This document shows positions 1 through 15,522 of a stretch of DNA of 64,000 nt, piece by piece. The stretch spans positions 22,010,001 to 22,074,000 of the forward strand of contig OZ024752.1 of the NCBI GenBank assembly GCA_964016885.1, read 5' to 3'. The notes under the pieces were generated by a model. It ran no database searches. It saw nothing but the letters and a program-made list of their open reading frames with translations, and was not told the DNA's origin. This DNA is from Eledone cirrhosa. Taxonomy: Eukaryota. Made by a program: the position numbers and the translations under genes. Each line of letters starts with the position of its first letter. The first letter of the stretch is position 1.

Positions 1-454
1 TACATTACATATAGCTTGTGTATATAATGTGTGTATATATATATATATATATAAATTACATATAGCTTGTGTATATAACGTATGTATATATATATACACA
101 TTACATATAGCTTGTGTATATAATGTATGTATATATATACATTACATATAGCTTGTGTATATAATGTATGTATATATATATATACATACATTACATACAG
201 CTTGTGTATATAATATATGTATATATATACATACATTACATATAGCTTGTGTATATAATGTATGTATATATATATATACATACATTACATATAGCTTCTG
301 TATATAATGTATGTATATATATATATATACACATTACATATAACTTGTGTATATAATGTATGTATATATATATATATATACATTACATATAGCTTGTGTA
401 TATAATGTATGTATATATATATACGTACATTACATATAGCTTGCGTATATAATG

Positions 455-513
<59 letters not shown>

Positions 514-939
514 TACATATAGCTTGAGTATATAATGTATGTATATATATATATATATATACATACATTACATATAGCTTGTGTATATAATGTATGTATA
601 TATATATATACATACATTACATATAGCTTGTGTATATAATGTATATATATATATACATTACATATAGCTTGTGTATATAATGTGTGTATATATATATATA
701 TGCATACATTACATATAGCTTGTGTATATAATGTATGTATGTATATATATATATATATATATATATACATTACATATAGCTTGTGTATATAATGTATGTA
801 TATATATATATATACATACATTACATATAGCTTGTGTATATAATGTATATATATATATATACATACATTACATATAGCTTGTGTATATAATGTATGTATA
901 TATATATATATACACAACATATAGCTTGCGTATATAATG

Positions 940-978
<39 letters not shown>

Positions 979-1110
979 TACATATAGCTTGTGTATATAA
1001 TGTATGTATGTATATATATATATATATATATATATACATTATATATAGCTTGTGTATATAATGTATGTATATATATATACATACATTATATATAGCTTGT
1101 GTATATAATG

Positions 1111-1147
<37 letters not shown>

Positions 1148-1171
1148 TACATATAGCTTGTGTATATAATG

Positions 1172-1228
<57 letters not shown>

Positions 1229-2577
1229 TACCTATAGCTTGTGCAAATAATGTATGTATATATATATACATTACATATACCTTGTGTATATAATGTATGT
1301 ATATATACATACATTAAATATAGCTTGTGTATATAATGTATGTGTATATATATATATATACATTACATATAGCTTGTGTATATAATGTATATATATATAT
1401 ATATATATATACATACATTACATATAGCTTGTGTATAAAATGTATGTATATATATATATACATACATTACATATAGCTTGTGTATATAATGTATATATAT
1501 ATATACATACATTACATATAGCTTGTGTATATAATGTGTGTATATATATATATATATATACATTACATATAGCTTGTCTATATAATGTATGTATATATAT
1601 ATACACATTACGTATAGCTTGTGTATATAATGTATGTATATATATATATATACATACATTATATATAGCTTGTGTATATAATGTATGTATATATATATAT
1701 ACATACATTACATACAGCTTGTGTATATAATGTATGTATATATATACATACATTACATATAGCTTGTGTATATAATGTATGTATATATATATATACATAC
1801 ATTACATATAGTTTGTGTATATAATGTATGTATATATATATATACACATTACATATAACTTGTGTATATAATGTATGTATATATATATATACATTACATA
1901 TAGCTTGTGTATATAATGTATGTATATATATATACGTACATTACATATAGGTTGCGTATATAATGTATGTATATATATATATATATATACACTTTACATA
2001 TAGCTTGTGTATATAATGTATGTATATATATATATACATACATTACATATAGCTTGTGTATATAATGTATGTATATATACATACATTACATATAGCTTGT
2101 GTATATAATGTATATATATATATACATACATTACATATAGCTTGTGTATATAATGTATGTATATATATATATACACATTACATATAACTTGTGTATATAA
2201 TGTATGTATATATATATATATATACATTACATATAGCTTGTGTATATAATGTATGTATATATATATACGTACATTACATATAGCTTGTGTATATAATGTA
2301 TGTATATATATATATATACATACATACAGCTTGTGTATATAATGTATGTATATATATATACATTACATATAGCTTTTGTATATAATGTATGTATATATAT
2401 ATATACATACATTATATATAGCTTGTGTATATAATGTATATATATATATACATACATTACATATAGCTTGTGTATATAATGTATGTATATATATATATAT
2501 ATACATTACATATAGCTTGTGTATATAATGTATGTATATATATATACATACATTACATATAACTTGCGTATATAATG

Positions 2578-2613
<36 letters not shown>

Positions 2614-2756
2614 TATATATATATATATATAGATACATTATATATAGCTTGTGTATATAATGTATGTATATATATATACATACATTAAATATAGCTTGTG
2701 TATATAATGTATGTATATATATATATATACATTATATATAGCTTGTATATATAATG

Positions 2757-2817
<61 letters not shown>

Positions 2818-3362
2818 TACATATAGCTTGTGTATAAAATGTATGTATATATATATACATACATTACATATAGCTTGTGTATAAAATGTATGTATATATA
2901 TATATACATACATTATATATAGCTTGTGTATATAATGTATATATATATATACATACATTACATATAGCTTGTGTATATAACGTATGTATATATATATATA
3001 CACATTACATATAGCTTGTGTATATAATGTATGTATATATATATATACATTACATATAGCTTGTGTATATAATGTATGTATATATATATATACATACATT
3101 ACATACAGCTTGTGTATATAATGTATGTATATATATACATACATTACATATAGCTTGTGTATATAATGTATGTATATATATATATACATACATTACATAT
3201 AGCTTGTGTATATAATGTATGTATATATATATATATACACATTACATATAACTTGTGTATATAATGTATGTATATATATATATATATACATTACATATAG
3301 CTTGTGTATATAATGTATGTATATATATATACGTACATTATATATAGCTTGCGTATAAAATG

Positions 3363-3407
<45 letters not shown>

Positions 3408-3437
3408 CGAAGGAAATGTGGTAAGGAACCAGGTGGA

Positions 3438-3495
<58 letters not shown>

Positions 3496-4042
3496 TACAT
3501 ATAGCTTGAGTATATAATGTATGTATATATATATATACATACATACATTACATATAGCTTGTGTATATAATGTATGTATATATATATATACATACAATAC
3601 ATATAGCTTGTGTATATAATGTATATATATATATACATTACATATAGCTTGTGTATATAATGTGTGTATATATATATATATACATACATTACATATAGCT
3701 TGTGTATATAATGTCTGTATATATACACATTACATATAGCTTGTGTATATAATGTATGTATATGTATATATATATACACATTACATATAGCTTGTGTATA
3801 TAATGTATGTATGTATATATATATATATATACATTACATATAGCTTGTGTATATAATGTATGTATATATATATATACATACATTACATATAGCTTGTGTA
3901 TATAATGTATATATATATATACATACATTACATATAGCTTGTGTATATAATGTATGTATATTTATATACATTACATATAGCTTGTGTATATAATGTATGT
4001 ATATATATATACATACATAACATATAGCTTGCGTATATAATG

Positions 4043-4111
<69 letters not shown>

Positions 4112-4147
4112 TACATATAGCTTATGTATATAATGTATGTATGTATG

Positions 4148-4208
<61 letters not shown>

Positions 4209-4373
4209 TATATATAGCTTGTGTATATAATGTATGTATATATATATACATACATTAAATATAGCTTGTGTATATAATGTATGTATATATATATACATAC
4301 ATTATATATAGCTTGTGTATATAATGTATGTATATATATATATATACATTATATATAGCTTGTGTATATAATG

Positions 4374-4431
<58 letters not shown>

Positions 4432-4456
4432 TTACATATAGCTTGTGTATATAATG

Positions 4457-4501
<45 letters not shown>

Positions 4502-5248
4502 TACATATAGCTTGTGTATATAATGTATGTATATATATATACATTACATATACCTTGTGTATATAATGTATGTATATATACATACATTAAATATAGCTTG
4601 TGTATATAATGTATGTATATATATATATATATATATACATTACATATAGCTTGTGTATATAATGTATGTATATATATATATATATATATACATACGTTAC
4701 ATATAGCTTGTGTATAAAATGTATGTATATATATATACATACATTACATATAGCTTGTGTATATAATGTATATATATATATACATACATTACATATAGCT
4801 TGTGTATATAATGTGTGTATATATATATATATATACATTACATATAGCTTGTGTATATAATGTATGTATATACATATACACATTACGTATAGCTTGTGTA
4901 TATAATGTATGTATATATATATATATACATACATTACATATAGCTTGTGTATATAATGTATGTATATATATATATACATACATTACATACAGCTTGTGTA
5001 TATAATGTATGTATATATATACATACATTACATATTGCTTGTGTATATAATGTATGTATATATATATATACATACATTACATATAGCTTGTGTATATAAT
5101 GTATGTATATATATATATATACACATTACATATAACTTGTGTATATAATGTATGTATATATATATATATACATTACATATAGCTTGTGTATATAATGTAT
5201 GTATATATATATACGTACATTACATATAGGTTGCGTATATAACGTATG

Positions 5249-5282
<34 letters not shown>

Positions 5283-5693
5283 CATTACATATAGCTTGAG
5301 TATATAATGTATGTATATATATATATATATACATACATTACATATAGCTTGTGTATATAATGAATGTATATATATATATACATACATTACATATAGCTTG
5401 TGTATATAATGTATATATATATATATACATTACATATAGCTTGTGTATATAATGTATGTATATATATATATACATACATTACATATAGCTTGTGTATATA
5501 ATGTATGTTTATATATATATACATACATTACATATAGCTTGTGTATATAATGTATGTATATATATATATATACACATTACATCTAACTTGTGTATATAAT
5601 GTATGTATATATATATATACATTACATATAGCTTGTGTATATAATGTATGTATATATATATACGGACATTACATATAGCTTGCGTATATAATG

Positions 5694-5752
<59 letters not shown>

Positions 5753-6818
5753 TACATAGAGCTTGAGTATATAATGTATGTATATATATATATATATATA
5801 TACGTACATTACATATAGCTTGTGTATATAATGTATGTATATATACATATACATACATTACATATAGCTTGTGTATATAATGTATATATATATATACATT
5901 ACATATAGCTTGTGTATATAATGTGTGTATATATATATATATACATACATTACATATAGCTTGTGTATATAATGTATGTATATATATATACACATTACAT
6001 ATAGATTGTGTATATAATGTATGTATATATATATATACATACATTACATATAGCTTGTGTATATAATGTATATATATATATACATACATTACATATAGCT
6101 TGTGTATATAATGTATATATATATATACATACATTACATATAGCTTGTGTATATAATGTATGTATATATATATATACATACATTACATATAGCTTGTGTA
6201 TATAATGTAGGTATATATACATACATTACATATAGCTTGTGTATATAATGTATATATATATATACATACATTACATATAGCTTGTGTATATAATGTGTGT
6301 ATATATATATATATATACATACATTACATATAGCTTGTGTATATAATGTATGTATATATATATATATACATAGAGCTTGTGTATATAATGTATGTATATA
6401 TATATACATTACATATAGCTTGTGTATATAATGTATGTATATATATATATATACATACATTACATATAGCTTGTGTATATAATGTATGTATATATATATA
6501 TATACATAGAGCTTGTGTATATAATGTATGTATATATATATACATTACATATAGCTTGTGTATATAATGTATGTATATATATATATATATATACATCCAT
6601 TATATATAGCTTGTGTATAAAATGTATGTATATATATATATATACATACATTACATATAGCTTGTGTATATAATGTATATATATATATATACATACATTA
6701 CATATAGCTTGTGTATATAATGTATGTATATATATATATATATACATTACATATAGCTTGTGTATATAATCTATGTATATATATATACATACATTACATA
6801 TAGCTTGCGTATATAATG

Positions 6819-6867
<49 letters not shown>

Positions 6868-6891
6868 TACATATAGCTTGTGTATATAATG

Positions 6892-6935
<44 letters not shown>

Positions 6936-7251
6936 TTAAATATAGCTTGTGTATATAATGTATGTATATATATATACATTACATATAGCTTGTGTATATA
7001 ATGTATGTATATATATATATATATATATATGTATATACACACATTACATATAGCTTGTGTATATAATGTATGTATATATATATACATACATTACATATAG
7101 CTTGTGTATAAAATGTATGTATATATATATACATACATTACATATAGCTTGTGTATAAAATGTATGTATATATATATACATACATTAGATATAGCTTGTG
7201 TATATAATGTATATATATATATACATACATTACATATAGCTTGTGTATATA

Positions 7252-7296
<45 letters not shown>

Positions 7297-8014
7297 CATT
7301 ACATATAGCTTGTGTATGTAATGTATGTATATATATATACACATTACATATAGCTTGTGTATATAATGTATGTATATATATATATATATATATACACATT
7401 ACATATAGCTTGTGTATATAATGTATGTATGTATATATATATATATATATATACATTACATATAGCTTGTGTATATAATGTATGTATATATATATATACA
7501 TACATTACATATAGCTTGTGTATATAATGTATGTATATATATATATACATACATTACATACAGCTTGTGTATATAATGTATGTATATATATATAGATTAC
7601 ATATAGCTTGTGTATATAATGTATGTATATATATATATATACATACATTATATATAGCTTGTGTATATAATGTATGTATATATATATATACATACATTAC
7701 ATATAGCTTGTGTATATAATGTATATATATATATACATACATTACATATAGCTTGTGTATATAATGTATGTATATATATATATACATACATACATTACAT
7801 ATAGCTTGTGTATATAATGTATGTATATATATATATATACACATTACATATAACTTGTGTATATAATGTATGTATGTATATATATATATATATACATTAC
7901 ATATAGCTTGTGTATATAATGTATGTATATATATATACATACATTACATATAGCTTGCGTATATAATGTATGTGTATATATATATACATTACATATAGCT
8001 TGTGTATATAATGT

Positions 8015-8043
<29 letters not shown>

Positions 8044-8045
<2 letters not shown>

Positions 8046-8650
8046 TCAGGTCACCAGTTGGTGCTACTGGTAACATGTATCCCAGTACAACCTGTCTCAT
8101 GGTCGGGTTGTTGGCGACTAAACTGGCAACCCCACCAAGGTTTCTTGGTGAGGAGGGTGACTTTGGACATCCTGCAGGACTAAAAACAAAACCTGTCAAA
8201 GGGCAAAGGAGCTCTTAAGAGTCAATGGCCATCCAAAATCACCGGGAGAGATGACCCCTTAGCCTTTGTCAAGGCAGAATTCTAGGAGAAGCAAAACTCT
8301 GATATAACACCTGCAACCCTGATGGTATCCAATGATGTTGACTTGTTCTTCTTTTTGGTAAATATCATCTTGGTTAAGGGAGTGGGACTGGCTTTGTGCA
8401 GTGCCTTTGCTCACTATAAAAGCTTCACGGCACAGGCATTGCTTTATATCTGGAGATCTTTCTGCACTTGTCGTTACATGGTACCATGGGCCCAGCACTA
8501 TGTGTCAATAATTGTCACAGGTGTAGTGTTTGTACCAGAGTTTTCAAGTCGCTGGCTGGACTAAAAAGTCATATTCGTTCAGCGCATCGGTAGGGGTTCT
8601 CCTACATGGATATAAAGTATTGGCCGTACTCGAAAACGAGTTGGCAGCCA

Positions 8651-8652
<2 letters not shown>
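8044..8652. mobile_element. ~610-bp interspersed repeat inserted in a (TA)n spacer of the satellite (copy 1; possibly RTE-LINE derived)
   Basis: Near-identical copy at 10424-11030, diverged inverted copy at ~35650-36275, partial match at ~16370-16480. Confidence 0.75.
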
Positions 8653-8706
<54 letters not shown>

Positions 8707-9330
8707 TATATATAGCTTGTGTATATAATGTATGTATATATATATACATACATTAAATATAGCTTGTGTATATAATGTATGTATATATATATACATACAT
8801 TACATATAGCTTGTGTATATAATGTATGTATGTATATATATATATATATACATTACATATAGCTTGTGTATATAATGTATGTATATATATATACATACAT
8901 TACATATAGCTTGCGTATATAATGTATATATATATATACATACATTACATATAGCTTGTGTATATAATGTGTGTATATATATATATATATATATACATAC
9001 ATTACATATAGCTTGTGTATATAATGTATGTATGTATATATATATACACATTACATATAGCTTGTGTATATAATGTATGTATATATATATATACATACAT
9101 TACATATAGCTTGTGTATATAATGTATATATATATATACATACATTACATATTGCTTGTGTATATAATGTATATATATATATACATACATTACATATAGC
9201 TTGTGTATATAATGTATGTATATATATATATACATACATTACATATAGCTTGTGTATATAATGTATGTATATATATATATATATACACTTTACATATAGC
9301 TTGTGTATATAATGTATGTATATATACATT

Positions 9331-9530
9331 ACATGCACTTTTTTGATGGGTTGTGGTGCACCTGGGCACTGTGCACAATATTTCATTATTGTTATTGTTA
9401 TTATATCATGACTCATACACTGTTTATTTTCCTGACATTTGTACATTATTCTATGTACTATACATGCACCTTTGATGAGTTGTAGTGCACCTGAGCACTG
9501 TACACAATAATTTCATTATTATTATTATTA
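9331..9530 (+). mobile_element. Duplicated 3' tail of a CR1/L2-type LINE inside the satellite
   Basis: CACTGTACACAATAATTTCATTATTATT tail, matching the LINE end at 46730-46866. Confidence 0.65.
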
Positions 9531-9931
9531 TATAGCTTGTGTATATAATGTATGTATATATATATATATATATATATACATACATTACATATAGCTTGTG
9601 TATATAATGTATGTATATATACATACATTACATATAGCTTGTGTATATAATGTATATATATACATACATTACATATAGCTTGTGTATATAATGTGTGTAT
9701 ATATACATGTATACATACATTACATATAGCTTGTGTATATAATGTATGTATATATATACACATTACATATAGCTTGTGTATATAATGTATGTATATATAT
9801 ATATATATATATACACATTACATATAGCTTGTGTATATAATGTATGTATGTATATATATATAATAATAATAATAATGAAATTATTGTGTATATATATATA
9901 TATACATTACATACAGCTTGTGTATATAATG

Positions 9932-9983
<52 letters not shown>

Positions 9984-10164
9984 CATTACATATAGCTTGT
10001 GTATATAATGTATGTATATATATATATATTCATACATACAGCTTGTGTATATAATGTATGTATATATATATACATTACATATAGATTGTGTATATAATGT
10101 ATGTATATATATATATATATTTATATATATATACATACATTATATATAGCTTGTGTATATAATG

Positions 10165-10219
<55 letters not shown>

Positions 10220-10381
10220 TACATATAGCTTGTGTATATAATGTATGTATATATATATACATACATTATATATAGCTTGTGTATATAATGTATGTATATA
10301 TATATACATACATTATGTATAGCTTGTGTATATAATGTATCTATATATATATACATACATTATATATAGCTTGTGTATATA

Positions 10382-10423
<42 letters not shown>

Positions 10424-10425
<2 letters not shown>

Positions 10426-11030
10426 CAGGTCACCAGTTGGTGCTACTGGTAACATGTATCCCAGTACAACCTGTCTCATCGTCGGGTCGTTGGCGCCTAA
10501 ACTGGCAACCCCACCAAGGCTTCTTGGTGAGGAGGGTGACTTTGGACATCCTGCAGGACTAAAAACAAAACCTGTCAAAGGGCAAAGAGCTCTTAAGAGT
10601 CAATGGCCATCCAAAATCACCGGGAGAGATGACCCCTTAGCCTTTGTCAAGGCAGAATTCTAGGAGAAGGAAAACTCTGATGTAACACCTGCAACCCTGA
10701 TGGTATCCAATGATGTTGACTTGTTCTTCTTTTTGGTAAATATCATCTTGGTTAAGGGAGTGGGACTGGCTTTGTGCAGTGCCTTTGCTCACTATAAAAG
10801 CTTCACTGCACAGGCATTGCTTTATATCTGGAGATCACTCTGCACTTGTCATCACAGGGTACCATGGGCCCAGCACTATGTGTCAATAATTGTCACAACT
10901 GTAGTGTTTGTACCAGAGTTTTCAAGTCGCTGGCTGGACTAAAAAGTCACACTCGTTTAGCGCATCGCTAGGAATTCTCCTACATGGATATAATGTAGTG
11001 GCCGTACTCGAAAACGAGTTGGCAGCCACC
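10424..11030. mobile_element. ~610-bp interspersed repeat (copy 2)
   Basis: Colinear with 8044-8652, same ends (GTCAGGTCACC...CAGCCACC), scattered substitutions. Confidence 0.75.
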
Positions 11031-11572
11031 ATATATATATATATATACATACATTATATATAGCTTGTGTATATAATGTATCTATATATATATACATACA
11101 TTAGATATAGCTTGTGTATATAATGTATGTATATATATATACATACATTATATATAACTTGTGTATATAATGTATGTATATATATATACATACATTATAT
11201 ATAGCTTGTGTATATATGTATGTATATATATATATACATACATTATATATAGCTTGTGTACTGCTGTCAGCGAATGTGATGACAGTTTCATTAATTATGC
11301 AGAAATATCATTTACTTAAATTTGAAATATACTGAACACACACACACGCATGCAAAAACACACACATGCACACACATACACACACATATATACACACATA
11401 CACATGCACATACATGTGTACACACATGCACACACACATATATATCTAACATCATCCTCAGCTGTCCTCCATGCTGGCATTGGTTGAATTGGTTGTCATG
11501 TTCTGAGACTAAATAAAATCTCTGACCAGTCCTGCTCATACATCGCTGGATGCCCTTTCTAATGCCAACAGC

Positions 11573-12706
11573 TTTACAGAGTGGACTGGGTGCATTTTAT
11601 TGTGACACCAGCGCTACCTCTTTACAGAGTGGACTGGGTGCATTTTATTTTGACACCAGCACTACCACTTTACAGAGTGGACCGGGTGCATTTTATTGTG
11701 ACACCAGCACTACCTCTTTACAGAGTGGACTGGGTGCATTTTATTGTGACACCAGCACTACCTCTTTACAGAGTGGACTGGGTGCATTTTATTGTGACAC
11801 CAGCACTACCTCTTTACAGAGTGAACTGGGTGCATTTTATTGTGACACCAGCACTACCTCTTTACATAGTGAACTGCGTGCATTTTATTGTGACACCAGC
11901 ACTAACTCTTTACAGAGTGGACTGGGTGCATTTTATTGTGACACCTGCACTAACTCTTTATAGAGTGGACTGGGTGCATTTTATTGTGACACCTGCACTA
12001 ACCTTTACAGAGTGGACTGGGTACATTTTATTGTGACACCAGCACTACCTCTTTACAGAGTGGACTGGGTGCATTTTATTGTGACACCAGCACTACCTCT
12101 TTACAGAGTGGACTGGGTGCATTTTATTGTGACACCAGCACTACCTCTTTACAGAGTGAACTGGGTGCATTTTATTGTGACACCAGCACTACCTCTTTAC
12201 AGAGTGAACTGCGTGCATTTTATTGTGACACCAGCACTAACTCTTTACAGAGTGGACTGGGTGCATTTTATTGTGACACCTGCACTAACTCTTTATAGAG
12301 TGGACTGGGTGCATTTTATTGTGACACCTGCACTAACCTTTACAGAGTGGACTGGGTACATTTTATTGTGACACCAGCACTACCTCTTTACAGAGTGGAC
12401 TGGGTGCATTTTATTGTGACACCTACACTAACCTTTACAGAGTGTGCTGGGTGCATTTTATTGTGACACCAGCACTACCTCTTTACAGAGTGAACTGGGT
12501 GCATTTTATTGTGACACCTGCGCTACCCTTTACAGAGTGAACTGGGTGCATTTTATTGTGATACCAGCACTACCTCTTTACAGAGTGGACTGGGTGCATT
12601 TTATTGTGATACCAGCACTACCTCTTTACAGAGTGGACTGGGTGCATTTTATTGTGATACCAGCACTACCTCTTTACAGAGTGGACTGAGTGCATTTTAT
12701 TGTGAT
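11573..12706. repeat. 48-bp minisatellite (TTTACAGAGTGGACTGGGTGCATTTTATTGTGACACCAGCACTACCTC), ~23 copies
   Basis: Direct tandem units with a 16-aa periodic translation. Preceded by GCTGGATGCCCTTTCTAATGCCAAC, a motif of the local SINE-like family. Confidence 0.95.
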
Positions 12707-13420
12707 CTTTTATATCTCCATAGTTAATTCATTTGGCCATCAATGTTTATCACTGACTGACCAACGGTCAAAAATACAGCTATAAATACAGATATATAGT
12801 CTAGTATTGTTGACGCCATTTTTATTTAAAATAAAAATGGCGTCAACATTACAATACATACAATACAGCAGGGGAAACATGATAATAGTACCACTGATGA
12901 TGTTGCAGATGTGCATCATCACCACCATTTTACGTCCATTCTTCCACACTACCATGGGTTAGACGAGTTGTCCTGTTGTGGGCAATGCTAGGTCAGGTGA
13001 TCATGCTTTGCTTGTACAGAACTGATTGTTGGCTGGGTTTCTACAGCTGGATGCCCTTCTTAATGTCAACCTCATTTACAGTGAAAACTGGGGGGGGGGG
13101 GGGGGGCTTTTTGTCGTGATACGTCCACAACCACTTTACAGTGTAGGCTGGGTTTTTTGGGGCCTGACACCTACACACACACACATATATATATGTGTGT
13201 GTGTAGGTGTGTGTACACACACACACACAGACATATATATATATGTAGAGAGAGAGTGAGGAATTTGTGAGAATGGCCAGCTGACAAACGGTGATCTGCC
13301 AGGAGATATCTGAATGAGATGGTGACTCAGGTAAGCTATGTTGTCATAGTTATATATCAACACTGACTCACCTCACTTTTCTAGCTGTCATCATATAGCT
13401 GTCACTGTGTACCACCTTAC

Positions 13421-14862
13421 TGTGGTGGCGGTGGTAGTCGTGGTGGTGGTGGTGGTCGTCGTCGTCGTCGTCGTCGTCGTCGTGGTAGTGGTCATGGTGG
13501 TGGTGGTGGTGGTGGCGGTGGTGGTCGTCGTCGTCGGGGTGGTGGTGGTCGTCGTCGTCGTGGTAGTGGTCGTGGTGGTGGTGGCAGTGGCGGTGGTGGT
13601 GGTGGTGGTGGCGGTGGCGGTGGTCGTGGTCGTAGTGGTGGTGGCGGTGGTCGTCGTGATGGTGGTGGTGGTGGTGGTTGTAGTAGTGGTGGTGGCGGTA
13701 GTGGTGGTGGTGGTGATGGTCGTGGTGGTGGTGGTGGTTGTAGTAGTGGTGGTGGCGGTAGTGGTGGTGGTGGTGATGGTCGTGGTGGTGGTGGTGGTAG
13801 TAGTGGTGATGGTTGTTGTGGTGGTGGTGCTGGTGGTGGTGGTGGTGGTGGTGGTTGTAGTGGTGGTGGTGGTGATGGTGGTGGTGATGGTGGTGGTGGT
13901 GGTGGTGGTAGTAGTGGTGATGGTTGTTGTGGTGGTGGTGCTGGTGGTGGTGGTGGTGGTGGTGGTGGTGGTTGTAGTGGTGGTGATGGTGGTGGTGATG
14001 GTGGTGGTGGTGGTGGTAGTAGTGGTGATGGTTGTTGTGGTGGTGGTGCTGGTGGTGGTGGTGGTGGTGGTGGTTGTAGTGGTGGTGGTGGTGATGGTGG
14101 TGGTGATGGTGGTGGTGGTGGTGGTAGTAGTGGTGATGGTTGTTGTGGTGGTGGTGCTGGTGGTGGTGGTGGTGGTGGTGGTGGTGGTTGTAGTGGTGGT
14201 GGTGGTGGTGGTTGTAGTGGTGGTGGTGGTGGTGGTGGTGGTGGTGGTGGTGGTGGTTGTAGTGGTGGTGGTGGTGATGGTCGTGGTGGTGGTGGTGGTG
14301 GTGGTGGTAGTAGTGGTGATGGTTGTTGTGGTGGTGGTGCTGGTGGTGGTGGTGGTGGGGGTGGTGGTGGTTGTAGTGGTGGTGGTGGTGGTGGTGGTGG
14401 TGGTTGTAGTGGTGGTGGTGGTGATGGTGGTGGTGATGGTGGTGGTGGTGGTGATGGTGGTCGTGATGGTGGTGGTGGTGGTGATGGTGGTCGTGATGGT
14501 GGTGGTGGTGGTCGTCGTGGCGGTGGTGGAGCTAGTGGTGGTGGTGGTGGTAGTAGTGGTGATGGTAGTGATGATGGTGGTGGCGGTGGTGATGGTGGTG
14601 ATGGTGGTGGTCGTGGCGGTGGTGGAGCTAGTGGTGGTTGTGTTGGTAGTAGTGGTGATGGTGGTGGTGGTTGTGGCGGTGGTGGAGCTAGTGGTGGAGC
14701 TAGTGGTAGTAGTGGTGATGGTGGTGATGATGGTGGTGGTGGTCATGGCGGTGGTGGAGCAAGTGGTGGTTGTGGTGGTAGTAGTGGTGATGGTGGTGAT
14801 GATGGTGGAGGTCGTGGTGGTGGTGGTGGTGGTGTTGGTGGTGGTGGTGATGGTGGTGGTGT
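13421..14862. repeat. (GGT)n/(ACC)n trinucleotide tract with GAT/GTA/GTC variants
   Basis: ~1.44 kb; the poly-V and poly-T ORFs are by-products. Confidence 0.95.
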
Positions 14863-15025
14863 GTTAGATAGTTATCGAGGTATGTATTGGCACTTTGATT
14901 TATACTTTTAATTATTGTGTGTCCACCATGCCTTCCATGGGCTATAGATTCCATACACTGGTGCTTTTTCCCTGTTTCACTGATGGCGCACTATCTCTCT
15001 CTCTGGTGTGTTATCTTTTCTACAT

Positions 15026-15146
<121 letters not shown>

Positions 15147-15356
15147 GTCAACATGAATGGACCTGTTATTTTTATCTAAAGACATTTTTTCCAATTCCAC
15201 CCCGCCCGTTCCTTCAATCTATCTTATTTCTCATTCTTTCTTCTGATGAAGGACTAGCGTCCGAAACATTAAGACCCTCTTCCTGTTATTTCAAGCGTTA
15301 ACCTAATATATTCCTTCCATATACTGTACCGATTGTGTTATTTCTGTTTCCCTTAT

Positions 15357-15426
<70 letters not shown>

Positions 15427-15431
<5 letters not shown>

Positions 15432-15522
15432 AACGAGTAGGACCCCGACGGCTGAGCTCAAGCCGTTTCGAGGGCTAGTCGAAACGGCTTGAGCTCAGCC
15501 GTCGGGGTCCTACTCGTTCCTA
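15427..15522. repeat. Perfect GC-rich inverted repeat (~43-bp arms, ~8-nt loop), probable inverted Penelope terminus
   Basis: TAGGAACGAGTAGGACCCCGACGGCTGAGCTCAAGCCGTTTCGA ... TCGAAACGGCTTGAGCTCAGCCGTCGGGGTCCTACTCGTTCCTA. Confidence 0.85.

Larger units (their letters stand above)
1..11260. repeat. Tandem satellite: about 31-bp core CATTACATATAGCTTGTGTATATAATGTATG separated by variable (TA)n(CATA) spacers
   Basis: Core recurs every ~45-80 bp from base 1 until unique sequence starts at ~11261. The YIYI ORFs here are artefacts. Confidence 0.97.

Noticed and set aside
383-10309. Numerous [10 protein letters not shown] ORFs (also ~17.3-19.8 kb, 26.7-27.7 kb, 30-32 kb)
   Set aside because: Translations of dinucleotide repeats with no protein signal.
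1-11260. CRISPR-like look (constant ~31-bp palindromic repeat with variable spacers)
   Set aside because: Spacers are only (TA)n length variants, there are no cas genes, and the context is eukaryotic.
13391-14867. Mucin-like poly-Thr / poly-Val ORFs
   Set aside because: Pure triplet repeat; no signal peptide, domain or exon context.
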